Source of the DNA: Eledone cirrhosa
Lineage: Eukaryota
Direction: 5' to 3'
DNA: 64,000 bases
NCBI GenBank assembly: GCA_964016885.1
Contig: OZ024758.1
Span: forward strand, 1,054,001-1,118,000
In this document: positions 14,321 through 30,139 of the stretch, one piece after another
Numbering within the stretch: position 1 is the stretch's first letter
Layout of the letters: every line of letters starts with the position of its first letter
Notes under the pieces: generated by a model
What the model saw: the letters and a program-made list of their open reading frames with translations, nothing else
Databases searched by the model: none
Told to the model about the DNA's origin: nothing
Made by a program: the position numbers and the translations under genes

Positions 14321-15550
14321 GAAGAAGGGAATGAAATGTCATAAGGCATGAAGACAAAATTTGAGGAAAGGCTAACTTACTTCCGGTTGACACTAGTTTA
14401 TTATTTTGACATTTTAGTTACCGTAGAACCACAGACACTTCCACACAGAGAATCACTCAGAGACACTCACAGACACATACAGACACATACTTCTATATAG
14501 ATGTCTTCGTGTGTGGATGTCTTGTACCCATGACCACATATATTCTTCCACAGGTGATAAAACAGCTGCATATGTACAAGTGTCACATTTTGATATTCAC
14601 CAGACTTGGACCCATTCCTGTATCACCCTATTTGGTTATTTGTTTGTGTTTGTTGTCTTTTTTATCATTTTTAATTCTTTGTTTCTTTCTGGGTGCGGCG
14701 GGGTGTGTAATTTCATTTTGTATTGAACTGGGTTACCGTACTTAATGTCGTGTCTGAATATAACAGTTAAGTGTAGAACACACGTTTCCAGGGGGTAATA
14801 GAAGACCTTGATATGTGATTATTTTATTATACTTTGGTCATTTTCGATAAACGAAGTTCCAGCCATGACAATCCTATTATTGTTTATATATAAATATCGG
14901 CTTATATTACTCAACGCTTTCCATCTTTTATATTTTATGTGTGCAATTTGATGGAGACTTGATTGCGGTTTATTATCAGATCAATCAACTGCATAATAAC
15001 ACTCCCGTTGGTGGGTGGTTCTACCTCTACTGGGAAACTAACGTATTTAACTAAAGTATAAGACAGGCTTTCTAGTAATAAAATATTGGTGCTACAGAGT
15101 TATTTTTTCTTTAGAGGTAAATTTATAAGTTAGCCCAGACTCTCAAATTTGAGGTCTCATGAGGGCTATTTCGTACTAGGGGGAACAGCACAGTAGACGA
15201 AAATTGAGATGAGGTGGGGCTTGATTTCCACCAGACATAATGCTAATTACATCACAGCTGATAGACTGCCCGGAATATGTAAATTTGTACAAAATATTGG
15301 GGAACAAATTTTGTGTTTCAAATATTCTTTAATTCCGGATTAACGTTCGGGGATTCCCTTTTTTCCGTTTTCACTTTTGATAGGTTGTGTATCAAAATAG
15401 ATAGATATAGATATATAGATGTGAGTGTGTTCTGTTAATATTTCTGGCAATATTATGACAATACCCTCCCCAACTATAACGATATTTGTTTCGACACACG
15501 ATTTCAACTTTGTAAAACAAAGAAGATATATAGATAGATATAAATATATA

Positions 15551-15669
15551 TAGGGTCTCCCCCCCCGCCCCCAAAAAAAATATATACACACACTTTGATT
15601 ACCTGTACATGCAATATTTATTAGTATGCTGTTGAAGTATATATACATTTGAGGGGGGGGGGACTCCTG
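15551..15669 (+). mobile_element. Tc1/mariner-type MITE (diverged)
   Basis: Shares internal ACACTTTGATTA...ATGCTGTTGAA and (C/T)AGGG...CCTG termini in a TA context with copies at 17030, 33400 and 35638. Confidence 0.6.
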
Positions 15670-16345
15670 TATATACGGCCTCATTTTTTTTCTCACTCAT
15701 GTGGTAGTATTCACTCTTGCTTTTTATATATCAAAATAGTTAGACGTTATCTACTGTTTCATATAAACTCCCTCGGTCTCTCTCTCTCTCTCACCCCCTC
15801 TCTCTCTCTCTGTCCGCCTCTCTCTCTCTCTGTCTCTCTCGCACACTCTCTCTCGCTCCGACTCTGATCTGGGATCTAATCGACTCTATCAGGTAAATGG
15901 AATAACAAACAAACCTTTAACACGTTAACACTAATTCTCTGAACCAATACCAATTATCCCTACTCACTTCAGTTTAATAGTTAAGTTTGTAAAGCCTGTG
16001 TAAATATGTAAATACCTCTTGAGCCACAAGCTGATTTTAATAAACGGGGATTAGTTCCATGTTTTTATAGTTAAACGGATCTAAATCGCTTCGTGTTTAC
16101 AAGGCGGCTTCAGGGCAGTTTTTTAACGATAGGTTGGTTTAGTATCAAAACAAGCTTTCTTGTAGAATGTAGGTAACTAAGTCCATAAAGTGACCAGCAA
16201 AGAAGATATGAACGATAGTTCAAATATGGAATGGATTCTAACCGATGATGTGTGAGGAATCTCATTTCAGCGGAGAATACTGAAGCCACCATATATTGCA
16301 CATATTCCAGAGATTAAAACGACACAATTATATAGACATTATTAT

Positions 16346-16537
16346 GGTGGATTCGCAGTATCGGTAGAGGGTCTGACACCATGCTTTTACGCATAGAGTT
16401 ACGGCCCTTGCCATTCTGAGTTCAAATCCCGCCGAGGTTAACTTTGCCTTTCATCCTTACGGGGGCGATAAAATAAAGTACCAGTAATGCACTAGGATAA
16501 TTGCTGGCTTTGTGGCAAAAGTAGAGACAATTATTAT
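16346..16537 (+). mobile_element. tRNA-SINE family A, full length
   Basis: A-box-like GCAGTATCGG, B-box GAGTTCAAATCC, core CTTTGCCTTTCATCCTTACGGGG.CGATAAAATAAAGTACC (resembles the Meta/MESC SINE core as recalled), ATT-rich tail. Confidence 0.88.
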
Positions 16538-17029
16538 GTGTCTAAATTTGTGTGAACGTGTATATATATATAGGTATTATTGTATATGTGTTGAGAAATA
16601 TATATGTGTGTGCACATTAAGATATCTATTATATAGAGATTGACGGCCAAAAGAAGAAATGAATAAAAGGAAGAGAAACTATGACGAAAGGGTTAGTAGC
16701 AGCATAATCCAGCAATATATATATATTATTATTGGGTTAATGAAATAAAGCACCTGTAATGTACTAAGGACGGTTTAAACGAGTTTCCCCTCCCCCAAAA
16801 TTGTTGGCCTTGTGCCTATAATAGAAACCATCATTAGTAGGCCCACCCTGCTTACAATAAATATCACCAAACAAACTTTAACTACAATGGCAAAAGCAGG
16901 AAACGAAACTTCTTGAAAGGATGAAGGGGGTTGTGTATATAGTCACTCAACAGGTGGACATGTTCAACGAACGCTGATGTGAATGAGGATATATATATAT
17001 GTGTGTGTGTGTGTATATATATATATATA

Positions 17030-17106
17030 CAGGATGTCACAAAAAAATGTATACACACTTTGATTAGAATGCTGTTGAATTGTATATATATTTTTGGAAC
17101 ACCCTG
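17030..17106 (+). mobile_element. Tc1/mariner-type MITE
   Basis: Imperfect TIRs CAGGATGTCACAAAAAAATGTATAC / GTATATATATTTTTGGAACACCCTG flanked by TA. Confidence 0.7.
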
Positions 17107-17307
17107 TATATATATAAATGTGTGTATGTGTGTATGTGTATGAGGTGAATGTATGTGTGTGATAAGTCAATGACCTGCAACTAAGTATGCCACTCGAGCA
17201 ATAAAAAAATATGTTACAGATTAACTACCTATGCGTATATACGTATGTATGTATGTATGTATGTATGTATGTATGTATGTATGTATGTATGTATGTATGT
17301 ATGTATG

Positions 17308-17344
<37 letters not shown>

Positions 17345-17393
17345 GGAGAAATAGAGAGAGGGAGAGATATATAGATATAGAAATATTTATATA

Positions 17394-17434
<41 letters not shown>

Positions 17435-17766
17435 TATATGTGTGTGTGTGTGTGTGTGTATATACATGTGTGAGGGTATGTATGTGCGTATACATTTATA
17501 TATATATATAGTCTATTTTGGACAGTGGTAAATAATTAACACACATAGATATATATATATGTGTTGTTGTTCTATCGTTTGCTGCAGTTATTGCTGTTGT
17601 TGGTGTTGTTTTAAGTTAAGACAGTTCTATCGAAGCAGACATGATCAAGTTGATATTTTCTTTTATTGCTTCTTTCTAGATGGAGAGCATCAAGAATCAA
17701 GATTTTTTTTCTCGTATCTTCGATATTTAGAACAGAACTAGAGGAATGCGTTTCATAGATAGGTAT

Positions 17767-17799
<33 letters not shown>

Positions 17800-17828
17800 T
17801 TATATATATATGTATGTATATATATTTG

Positions 17829-17860
<32 letters not shown>

Positions 17861-17894
17861 CATATATATATAATATATATAAATAAATAAATAA

Positions 17895-17966
<72 letters not shown>

Positions 17967-18052
17967 CCTTGTTAAACTTTTGGTTATATAAATATATATA
18001 TATTGACGTTCGCCGTAGAACGTTGACTTAATACAAGCGATCTTCGTTAAAT

Positions 18053-18616
<564 letters not shown>

Positions 18617-19233
18617 TGGGGGAGGGGAAGAGAAATAAACAGATAGATAGAAGAAGATATGGAATGTCACGGGGGAGAGAATGTGTGTCCAAGAAATATT
18701 ACTAGAAACGTGTGTTGTACCAGGTTGTAAGATGTTCATGAAATCTCTTATCAGTTCTGGTGTCTCAGATTAAGTGTTGCTAATTCTTTGGAGATAAAAT
18801 TTGACATAAGTTGGATTTGTCTGACATTCAGCTGTTTTAATTTTTGTGTTTGTTTACTTTTTTTCTACACTACTTTGTCAAATGTCTTTACGAGGTAATT
18901 CTCAAATGTGAGTCAGAGAATGACACCGGATAGATAATATGGTCGTGCCGAGGTCAGCAGAAAGTTGACAACGGATCTGATTCTACTTTGTTTCACTGAC
19001 CGACATGGATAGGACAAGTGGCCAGCTGTTAGAACTTCCTTGAGTTTGGTGTTAGCAGCTGCTGAAGTGCTTGACTAGAAACGTTTACATACAACCTCCA
19101 TTGACCACGTTTCAGTTTTCTATTTAAGAGAGTTTAGTTCACTTTGCCAACAGCCTTGCTGTTCATCCTTAGAAATATTAAGAAACTATAAAGACCCAGG
19201 TCACTGATAAAGACAGCTGAACACAATAAGAAA

Positions 19234-19476
19234 TGTTGTGGGTTCGATTCCTGGACTAGGTAGTATATTGTGTTCTTGGCAAAACACTTCATCTCACGTT
19301 GCTCCAGTATACTCAGCTGAAAATGAGTAACAGCAATAGTTGAGGATTTAATCCTGTGATGGACTGGCGTTCTTTCCAGGGGGACGTCTTTTACTCCCTG
19401 TCGCTTCACGCCACGGAAATCCAGAGAAGGACAGGCGTGATGAGCCTATGTGCTCAAGACAGACTGTAGACCTTTA
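19234..19476 (+). mobile_element. tRNA-SINE family B (CORE + V-domain-like)
   Basis: B-box GGTTCGATTCC, CORE-like TGTGTTCTTGGCAAAACACTT, V-domain-like CCTGTGATGGACTGGCGTTCTTTCCAGGGG. Homologous to 54967. Confidence 0.75.
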
Positions 19477-20180
19477 GAGTGATTAGGGAAAATGATGTAA
19501 AACAAATACAAGCATTTCTTCAGGAAAGAGACAGTTCCAATGATATTTTAGGCCATACCAGTCTGAAAAGTGCGAGGAAGGATATACCGAGTCTGAACAT
19601 CTGGTCAATGGCCGTAAGAACTTCTTAGGAAGAGATAAAACCTGGCTTTGGCCCGAATGTTTACAACGAACTAAACAGCTCTAAAAATACCGATGAAACC
19701 TCTGTTGACCAATTATTTATTTGTTTTGTAATTATTTTGTAGAAAAGTAAAGTATAGTCGGTTAAATTAATGCCACTAATATTTAAGGTACCATCATATA
19801 TCTACATATGTTGTATACGGCTTCGTGAGTCAACCAGTAATCTATTATACGATCTTTTGGTCTGCTAAAATTAGCAGTCAAGCTTCCTCATATCAGAGCC
19901 GCCTTAAGAATGAACACACTTAGCCAACATCGTCCAAGATACAGAAGAAACAGGATGTTCATGGGCGAAAATCTTTTGATCAGTGGTCTGGTTGTTTAAA
20001 GCTGTTATGTGGCTAAATAACAAGAAAACACAGCAGCAACCAGCGAGCAACTATTTGATACAGCTCATGGAACACTGAATAAAACACGATGTTGTATTCC
20101 TTTAGGTTTCACCTGATTAATGTAGGATTCAATACACGTTGTTGAAATTATTGATGTTGATTTTGTTGCTGCTGTAGATA

Positions 20181-20369
20181 ATAATTGTTTCTACTTTTTG
20201 GCACAACGACAGCAATTATCCCAGTGCATTACTGGTACTTTATTTTTATCGACCCCGTAACAATGAAAGGCAAAGTTAACCTCGGCGGGATTTGAACTCA
20301 GACCGTAAAGGGCCGTAACGCTATGCTGCAAAGCATGGCGTCCGACGCTCTACTAATTCTGCCAAGCCA
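20181..20369 (-). mobile_element. tRNA-SINE family A
   Basis: Reverse complement of the 16346 copy, including GGATTTGAACTC. Confidence 0.88.
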
Positions 20370-21281
20370 GGTGTTAATGATGATAATAATGATGATAATA
20401 ATACGATTATGACGATAATGAAGATGATGATAGTTTTGTTTACATCCATGTCAACCATGATGAACCAAACATATCGTCAGAAATATTCCAGACTTGACTA
20501 TCTCTTCTTAATCTTTTTAGACTCGCCTTTTCTCTTTAAAACTCTCTAGAGTAAGATACAAATAACATCTGTTGTTGTTTAAAATGATAATGGTGCTGAT
20601 GGTGATTATCATTAAGATGATAATGATGATGATATTTATATTTACCGACCTATCGGCAGACATGTTCTAAACATCAGCATTACTTCTAACTATCTTTGGA
20701 CTTGCCTTTTTCGGTAAAAAGCCCCTAAAGAGAAGTACAAATAACATTTATTATTTCTAACATGTAACAGTTGAAGAAACCACGTCTAGTGGCTTTGTTA
20801 CATCTGGCAGACGTACAGCATTGAATATATAGTATTGCATAGAAAAATAGCCTTTTGGTATTTCATCTGTAGCTCTAGCATGGAGGATTACATTGGGACT
20901 GGAAATCAATGGTGTTTCAAATATATGGTTGTAAGACATCTGATATAGAATGTTCCACATCCAGTCGCAAACAACATGTATGTATGAATGTATATATGCA
21001 TGTGTATATTAATACACGCACGTAAACATACGTGCATACATTCATACATACACACACACGTATATATATATATGCATATATATATATATATATATATGCG
21101 TGTGTATGCATGTGCATTTTCATGTGTACGTTTATTAGTATATGCATATATTGTGTATGGGTCTTGCTTGTGCTTCCACTTTCAACTTCCGTTTTTCAAC
21201 CTCTCGAATCTAACTTCCTTCCGCCTCTTGAAATATATCTATTTTCATCTTTGTCCAGTTCCATTTTTCTATATTCGTTCA

Positions 21282-21371
<90 letters not shown>

Positions 21372-21376
<5 letters not shown>

Positions 21377-21565
21377 AAATGTGCGAGATCCTTGGTAGAG
21401 TTAGGTATATTTGAAAAAAAGGAAAAGAATGACTTCACTTGTAGTATTAAAAAATGTTTTATGATTTAATGTTATAATATATTCTAATATTATATTATAA
21501 CATTAAATCATAAACAAAATGTTAACACTACAAGTGAAGCCATTCTTTTCCTTTTTTTCAAATAT
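21372..21565 (-). mobile_element. Hairpin+tail element family F6
   Basis: Arms of about 75 bp (21406-21565) with a tail of about 35 bp on the left. A partial copy lies at 28595-28690. Confidence 0.75.
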
Positions 21566-21658
21566 ATATATATATACAGTTGTGCATGAGTGGATAGAGA
21601 GAGAAAAAGAGAGAGAGAAATGTTGAGAGACTCAGAGAAGGGGATAGATAGATACGTG

Positions 21659-21694
<36 letters not shown>

Positions 21695-22224
21695 TGTGTG
21701 TGTGTGTGTAATACGCCGACGGGATGAATCGTCGTATCTTGGTTTGGTGTGATCGTGTTTTATCGGAGAATCGTGAAAAAAGGTTTCAGGAAGGGAGGGG
21801 AAGAGAAAGAAAGAGAGGGGAGAGAGAAAGAAAGGGAGGGGTGAAGAGAAAGAAAGTCCTACATTGGAGGGATTTCTGCTACGTCAGGTATGTGTTCCAG
21901 TCGATATTCACCAAACCAACAGAGCATGAAATCGAATATTGTAGGTGTCAAATTGTTTTCCAGTATAACCTCGACAATTCTACATCACCACCACATCCAC
22001 CACCATTATTATCATCTCCACCACCAGCCCCACCATCATTGTTATCATCAGCAACACTATCACCATCACCATCACTACCGTCACCATCACCACCACCATC
22101 TCCACCAACATCATCATTGTTATCACCTTCAATATCCTCCGTTTCATCATCACGATAAGTAACTTCTGTTAATTCCCTGTTATAGTTCATATATATGTCT
22201 ATCTATCTATCTATCTATCTAGGG

Positions 22225-22261
<37 letters not shown>

Positions 22262-22805
22262 CACTCAGATGTGAGAAAAACCACAGACCCTCCATCTCAA
22301 CTCTACTTTTGAAAAGCAGAAGAACTGCGAAACCGGTTAAGGAACCAAATAAATATATATATATTTTTTTAAAATAAGACTCCAGTTGCATTTTCGATTT
22401 CATCTTTTTTCCTTATACTTTCATTCCTGTAGGACACCTCGGTTATTTTTCATTTTGTAAAAAAACCTCACTTTCTAATATATATATATCTAGGGCGGGT
22501 AATATATATAGATATATATACACACACACAACCGTTACTCGGGGTAACTGTTGTGTATATATAAATATATGAATTTATCTCTCAATCTATCTATCTCTAT
22601 CTCTCTCATGAATTCACAAATCCCCCGACACATTCACTCTAATTTCTCGACACACAATACCCCAGCCCACACCACACACACACACACACACACACACACT
22701 GATTTAGGCCTCCCTCTCTTTAACTCTCTCTCTTTATTCTCTATGGGGCTCCACCTCTCCTTCACTACCTCTTTCCCGCCCCGCATATATATATATATCT
22801 ATATC

Positions 22806-22904
<99 letters not shown>

Positions 22905-22944
22905 CATATATATACATATATATGTATATAAATATATATATATA

Positions 22945-22977
22945 TGTATGGCTGGAACAGGTAAAAGAGTAAAAGAG

Positions 22978-23040
<63 letters not shown>

Positions 23041-23073
23041 CTCTTTTACTCTTTTACCTGTTCCAGCCATACA
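22945..23073. repeat. Perfect inverted repeat (about 33 bp unique) enclosing a (TA)n tract
   Basis: TGTATGGCTGGAACAGGTAAAAGAGTAAAAGAG-(TA)n-CTCTTTTACTCTTTTACCTGTTCCAGCCATACA. Confidence 0.9.
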
Positions 23074-23115
23074 TATATATATATATATATATATTTATAT
23101 ACATATATATGTATA

Positions 23116-23168
<53 letters not shown>

Positions 23169-23266
23169 ATATGTATATATGTGTGTGTGTGTGATCTTGT
23201 GTGTATGTGTCTTCCTCCACTCTCTGTTTCTCTCTCTCTCTCTCTCCATCTGTACCACACACACAT

Positions 23267-23310
<44 letters not shown>

Positions 23311-25216
23311 CATGCTTTTTCGCTTGCTCGCACACATACAATCACGAGGTTGTTTTATTTGTTTATACTTTTTCAACTCCCCCTCCTTCTCTCTCTCTCC
23401 CCCTCTCTCTCTCCCTACTCCTTTCTTATACTCTGTCTTTGTATTTTTCTTCTGTTGTTGTTTTTTAAACTTCTTTCTTCTTTCCACCCCCTCCCCCTAA
23501 TGCAGACTGACATGTCTCATACTCCTCCCACCTCCCACTTCCAACTCTCCTTCAAAATTGAATAAATATCAGGTTTCAATCTTGGTAAAATTGAGTTCGG
23601 AATTGCCCTCGTTTACGATACTGGTGTCAAACGTATTTTGTGACAAAATTTCGTTTTGTTTTATTATTACTATTACTATTATTATTTTTATTATTATTAT
23701 CATTATTTATTTATTTATTTTCCTATTTTGTTTTGTTTTGTCTTATATATTTTTTTGTTTTTCATTTTATTTTTATTTTTATTTTATTTTTATTTTTATA
23801 AAGCTCTGTGTAATTTTATTGTTGAATAGAAAATTGAGAGGACGTGGTGGGGGAAACACATAGGATGAATGAAAGAAAGAAAAAGTAAATAAAAGAAAGA
23901 GACACTGACAGTATGTCAAAATGAAAAAAATGAAAAAAGAAAAAAATCCAAAATGGCGACAAAAATGACCACTCGTCTAAAAATATGGTATTTAGTGTCG
24001 GCGAAGTCCCTGTTCGAAGCAAAAAACGAACATGTTACGGCGTTAGTTTATAACAGGAATTCAAATACTATAGCAAATTCTTTTTTAATCTGTGTCTACA
24101 TGTTTGTATACTTGTATTTTATGTGTTGTATGTCTTGAGTTATTGTTATTTTGAGTGCAAGATCAACTGTTATTGTGAAGTCTCAAGATCAAAGTCATTC
24201 TAGGTATGAAGATCCCGTCGTTTTTTCTCGGACTCGATAATCTTTCTGAGATGATGTGTATTGCAGTGTGGAGTTTCTGCCTTGTATATAGTGACTGTAT
24301 GTTAGATCTAGTGGTTGAGTATTGTGTGGTATTACTGGTTGCAGTTGTGTTGTGTAATGTGGGTATAATTTGTGTTGTATATAGTAGGTGTGTTTGTGAT
24401 GGTAGTTGAGTAATCTATGGTGGTTTATGTATTGTTGTAGTTATGTAATGTGGTTACAATTTATGTTTATATGTTGTCTATTGTGACTGTGTTTTTTTGA
24501 GGTGGGTTATTACTGGTTGTAGTTGTGTTGTGTAATGTGGTTACAATTTGTTTTTTATATGTTGTATATTGTGGATATGCGTTATTTTTGTAAGTAGTAG
24601 AGTGTTGTAGTTGTGTGCTGTTCTGTGCTAGTTTGTGCATGTATTGTGTATTGTGGATCTGTGTTGTGTGTTGTGAATATATATATATATATATATATAT
24701 GTATTATTAGCTAGCACTAACTCAATCACGCTAGGAAATGGTTAACTCCTTTTGAGAAAAGAAACAATTTTCTAAGATACGTCACATCAGATCAAACCCA
24801 GAATAATGTGGTTGTGGTGCTCAAATCTTAACCACACAACCATGTCTGCAATCTTGTGTTCATAACTCAGTTGAAAAAAAAATACTTGGCTGTTTCTCAA
24901 AATTTCACTTACTATTTAAAATATATTATAATTCAGCAAATCGCTTATATAATGATTTTATGGTAAAATATTTGACACTTCATACACACGACATTATTCT
25001 GCATAACATTGAGTAGGAATCAATTGCTATTCATGTATTTTGAAACCAATCTTGTATTTTATAGTAATACTCTGTCAATAAAATACATTCACTTCACTGT
25101 ACCAACTCTCTTGACAGGAAAGAAAGCGTTCGTATTCATTTTATTTAGACAAATTTTCAACGATTTTGTGTCTAAGCTAAGATGGATGTTTCTATTAGGC
25201 TCCACGGCTGTATACA

Positions 25217-25335
<119 letters not shown>

Positions 25336-25494
25336 ACACACACACATTAACACACATCTACACACACATATATATGAAATATACATGATATACGTAGTCA
25401 CAAAATCCGAAACTGTTCTGAATTCCAAAGTGCAGCTGATGAACGTAGAGGACGAAATTGCAAAATATATGTAAAATGATAACAATATCAACCA

Positions 25495-25945
25495 TAATGA
25501 TTTCTACTATAGGAACAAGGCCAACAATTTTGGGGAAAAGGAAAGTCGATTAAATCGACCCCAGTGCATTACTGGGTCTTTATTTTATCGACCCTCGTAA
25601 GGATGAAAAGCAAAGCTAACGTCGGTGGGATTAAAAATCGGAAAATAAAAGGCCGTGGCTATATGCCGCAAAGCCTGTTCTACGATCAATACTGACAATT
25701 CAAACGTGACACGGTTTTGAACATGATTCTGTACTGATTTTGACAATATTACTATCATATAACTGTTTCTACTTTTGGCACAAGCCCAGCAATTATCCCA
25801 GAGTATTACTGGTACTTTATTTTATCGACCCCGTAAAGATGAAAGGCAAAGTTAACCTCGGCAGGATTTGAACTCATAATGGCAAGGGCCATAACTCTAT
25901 GCTCATGGCGTCAGACCCTCTACCGATACTGCCAATCCACCGCCC
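25495..25945 (-). mobile_element. Two adjacent tRNA-SINE family A copies (25495-25690 older; 25760-25945)
   Basis: Both carry ATCGACCC..TAA.GATGAAA.GCAAAG.TAAC. The second ends TACTGCCAATCCACCGCCC, the SINE 5' end. Confidence 0.85.
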
Positions 25946-26233
25946 AATATTACCATCATATATTCACTCACACCAGTGAAAATATACAGCCATCACCCCC
26001 CAAATTATACAAAGAAGGAACAATTTTAAATGACAGAAGGAGCAAAATGAAATGAAGTATTTTGCTTAAAAACACAATGTGTGGTCCGGGCGCTGAACCG
26101 ACCCTGGGTTTATATGATCCTGAGTCCAATCATTGGCAAACCATTGGGTTATGTGACTTCGCTATGAAATTCCCATAATTTGAAACAACCTGCGTTTTTT
26201 TACCGACCCAAATCATTCAAGTGTAAACACACA

Positions 26234-26315
<82 letters not shown>

Positions 26316-26329
26316 ACTTTCTCTCTCTC

Positions 26330-26380
<51 letters not shown>

Positions 26381-26419
26381 TCATACATATCTTTCTCTCT
26401 CTCTCTCACACACCATACA

Positions 26420-26451
<32 letters not shown>

Positions 26452-26489
26452 CATACATCTCTCTCTCTCTCTCTCTCTCACACACCATA

Positions 26490-26546
<57 letters not shown>

Positions 26547-27100
26547 ATAAGCTCAGCTACGAAAGAATATATATCCATATATATTCGATATGTACTAGGA
26601 AATTAACGTCTTAATAGGCGGTCGGTTCCATTGAAATGTTCTCATTTTCCACCGCCATCCTTCACAGCACTTTCTCCTCAATATCATCTCCATCTTCGTC
26701 GCCATCATCATCATCATCCATCTCTTCCTATTCTACATCCTCCTTTTTCTTCGTATTGTTATTATTGTTTTTATTATTGACGTTGTGGTTATTGCTGCTG
26801 TTATTATTATTCAGTCATGAGAGTGCCAGTTTCTGCTGGATCCCCTCCAAATGCCTCAGGTGCGTAGGGAGAATTATACACACTTCATTTCTCTCGCCCG
26901 TTCTCTCCCCCCCCCCCCCTCTACATATCTATCTATCTATCTAACTATCTATCTATCTATCTATCTATCTATCTCTCTAACTATCTATCCCTCGCTCGTT
27001 CGTTCTCTCTGCATATCTGTCAGTCTCTCTGTCTCTCTCTTAATAAATATATATCTTGTCTCCCCATCGTCCATTCATTTACCCTCTCTATCTCTCTCTC

Positions 27101-27159
<59 letters not shown>

Positions 27160-28460
27160 CTTCCCCGCGATACAGGTCTCACCGTCTCTCAATATTTGCG
27201 CTGTCCCTACTGGCAAACAAATAAGATATGATAATTATTATTATTTCAATTATTATTATTGTCTACCAGTCGGAAAAATCGGCCAAGGGGTACGTCAACT
27301 TTTCTATTTTATATAGGGTTAGGAGTAGGGAAGTGTAATAGCACTCACAGAGAGATACTTGGCGTCGACGAATTAAAATCAGCTCAGGAACTGGAGGGAA
27401 CTTGAAAAAATCCCAGGTCTAACAACATTTAACAATTGGGGCGATATTCTACAGGTATGAAATCTGAATGTCCATGATATGCTCAAAGATTACAAGTATT
27501 TCCTGCAAATAATTCTCTCGGGCCTATGCATTCCTGGCGTATAGAGTTTTGTCGAACAACTGTTGTATTTAAGACAGAGCTGGCTATCAAGTGTGTATAT
27601 AATGCGAATTATTTCATCGTCTTCATTTGGCTAGGAAAATACGGCATGGAACCCCTATAATTAATAGACATGCTGAAAGAGTCATTTTAGATATTCTCAG
27701 GATCAACTACCTGAGAAATATGGGGCAGAGAGAGTGTTGCTACCTTCTGGTAAATGTTGGTCAAATTGGGAAGGATAACGCAAGTGAATTACCCGATATT
27801 CAGCATACGCTTTAAGGCCGGGATTGAGAACTAAGAAGGACCATCTATAAGAAAAATAAAGCAAGATATTTGGGGCTCATAATTTAAGTTTGCGACTTTA
27901 ATTTTAGGATAAAAAACGTGTATAGATCGATTTGGTTCTCTTTGTAAGGATTTCATTCATTCGCTTTTAATCTAAGCCTTCACATGTTTTTGTAAATTTT
28001 CATGTATCGTAATTTTAAAAAGTGAGTGTTATCTAGGTCAAAATATCTCCCCAAAATACTCGGATAATAAAACATGTAATACACTTAAATATTGGTCGTC
28101 TTGATTAGAATTAACCAAGAGAAACACGACAACATGACAGAAATATATTTAAACCAAGTACAGCAATTTAACAGGTTTTATACAGGTTGTTGGTATGTTA
28201 TCAGCAGATACAAACACAACCACACGAACATACATACACACGCTTATATATATAAACAGGCATTTGTGTGTGTGTTTATATGTGTGTTTATGTGTTTATG
28301 CGTGTGTGCGTGTGTGAGAAAGTATGGGCGTGCTGTTTGAATGCTAATTAGTCCACTCCTTGAAAGACACAATTTTGCGCCGACGGCACTGTCCTATTAT
28401 ATTAACTTGCTGTGGTTCAATATAAGCTGTACTATATATATATATATACACACACATATG

Positions 28461-28599
<139 letters not shown>

Positions 28600-29933
28600 A
28601 AATGTGTGAAATCTTTGGTAGAGTTAGGTACATTTGAAAAAAGGAAAAGAATAACTTCACTTGTAGTTCTAAACAATTTAATTTAATATCTAAAGTTTCT
28701 GCGAGAAAAGTTCTCCAGGAAAGTTAACCGAGAATCTTTAAAAAATCTCGCCACCGATATTAACAAAGACCTTGCTAGATTTACAAAACCAGATTGTAAA
28801 ATTATAAAATTAAATTGAAGGGTCGTAAATCTAAGCCGTAAACCCTGTTATCCACGTTCTACCGATACTGTCAATATAATAACAATGAGGACGATGGTGA
28901 TGATAATAATAATGGCGATGATGATGATGATGGTGATAACGAAGGAGAGATTTTGATCACATTTTCCCATAGATCTGCTCACTCTAAACAACAACAACAT
29001 TAGTATATAAATGTATCTAATATCTTCCTTTTCTTCGTGATGGGTTCACTTTAACTATCGTCTTTCAGTTTCAATTGAATCTTTACACCATCCAGTTCAA
29101 AAGTCTTGGATGGAAAGTAAATCATGTTTCAAAGGGGATTATCTTCCATTTTATGAATATTAATTAGTTATTTTGGTTGAAATGGTGATAGATAACGGAT
29201 AGAAAAAATGCAGTTTTTTAACTACAAGCCTCTCCTCTTCGTACTACAAGCCCCTACTCTTCGTAGAGACGAGAATAACAACGGATTTTGACGTTTATTT
29301 TAATTTCCAAGCAACGTTTATAATATAAAAAATGTTTTAGTTAAATTGTTGATTCACAAAGACGTCTGTGAGTATCTCGGGTAATTTAGTGGTGTACATA
29401 GGGTCACTTTACAGTGGATGGTTAATTCTTAACAGATCATAGCCCAGTATACTATGTAATGTCCAACTGCATTCTGAATTACCATTCTCACTATATATGT
29501 GTATATGTATGTGTGTATATATATAGGAAACGAGTCAGGAAGGTCCCCGACGGCTGAGCTCCGGCCGTTTCGACAGGTAGATCCGAACTAAGCCATCAAT
29601 ATTCATTTATATAAATATCTCAGAGTGTTGTAGTTTGCTTCAGGCATTGTTGAATGGGAAACACAAATTCAAATAATTTTGAAAACCATACAATGCAGTA
29701 GAAAGAAAATCAGGATTGCTAAGATAACCACAAAGTCATACCTCAGCAAATTAGCATTATCAAGAGAGTATCCCTATGACAAATTTAAAAGATGTGTGCG
29801 TGTGCGTATGTATTGGTATAAATACACACATATTTCTACGTATAAATATATTTTGATACGTATTATTTATGAATGTAAATACATATCCATATATATAAAT
29901 ATATATGCATATATATATATGTATATATATATA

Positions 29934-30139
29934 GGAACGTGTAGGACCCCGACGTCTGAGCTCAAGCCGTTTCGACGGCTAATTCTGGACTGAATTTATT
30001 TTAGTCAAGAATTAGCCATCGAAACGGCTTGAGCTCAGCTGTCGGGGTCCTACTCGTTCCTATTACCCACTCTACTACCCTAAGTATTGAGTACTTTGGT
30101 GAGTTATGGTCCATCTGGTTCCTTACCACATTTCCTTCG

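Noticed and set aside
16346-16430. tRNA gene
   Set aside because: The A/B boxes belong to a multi-copy SINE head, and no complete cloverleaf is seen.
21724-22190. Pro/Ser- or His-rich ORFs as exons
   Set aside because: They derive from (CAT/CAC)n repeats, with no domain or convincing splice context.
27330-27850. RTE-like LINE 3' fragment
   Set aside because: Only faint motif resemblance (HRLHLARKIRHG), not supportable without a search.
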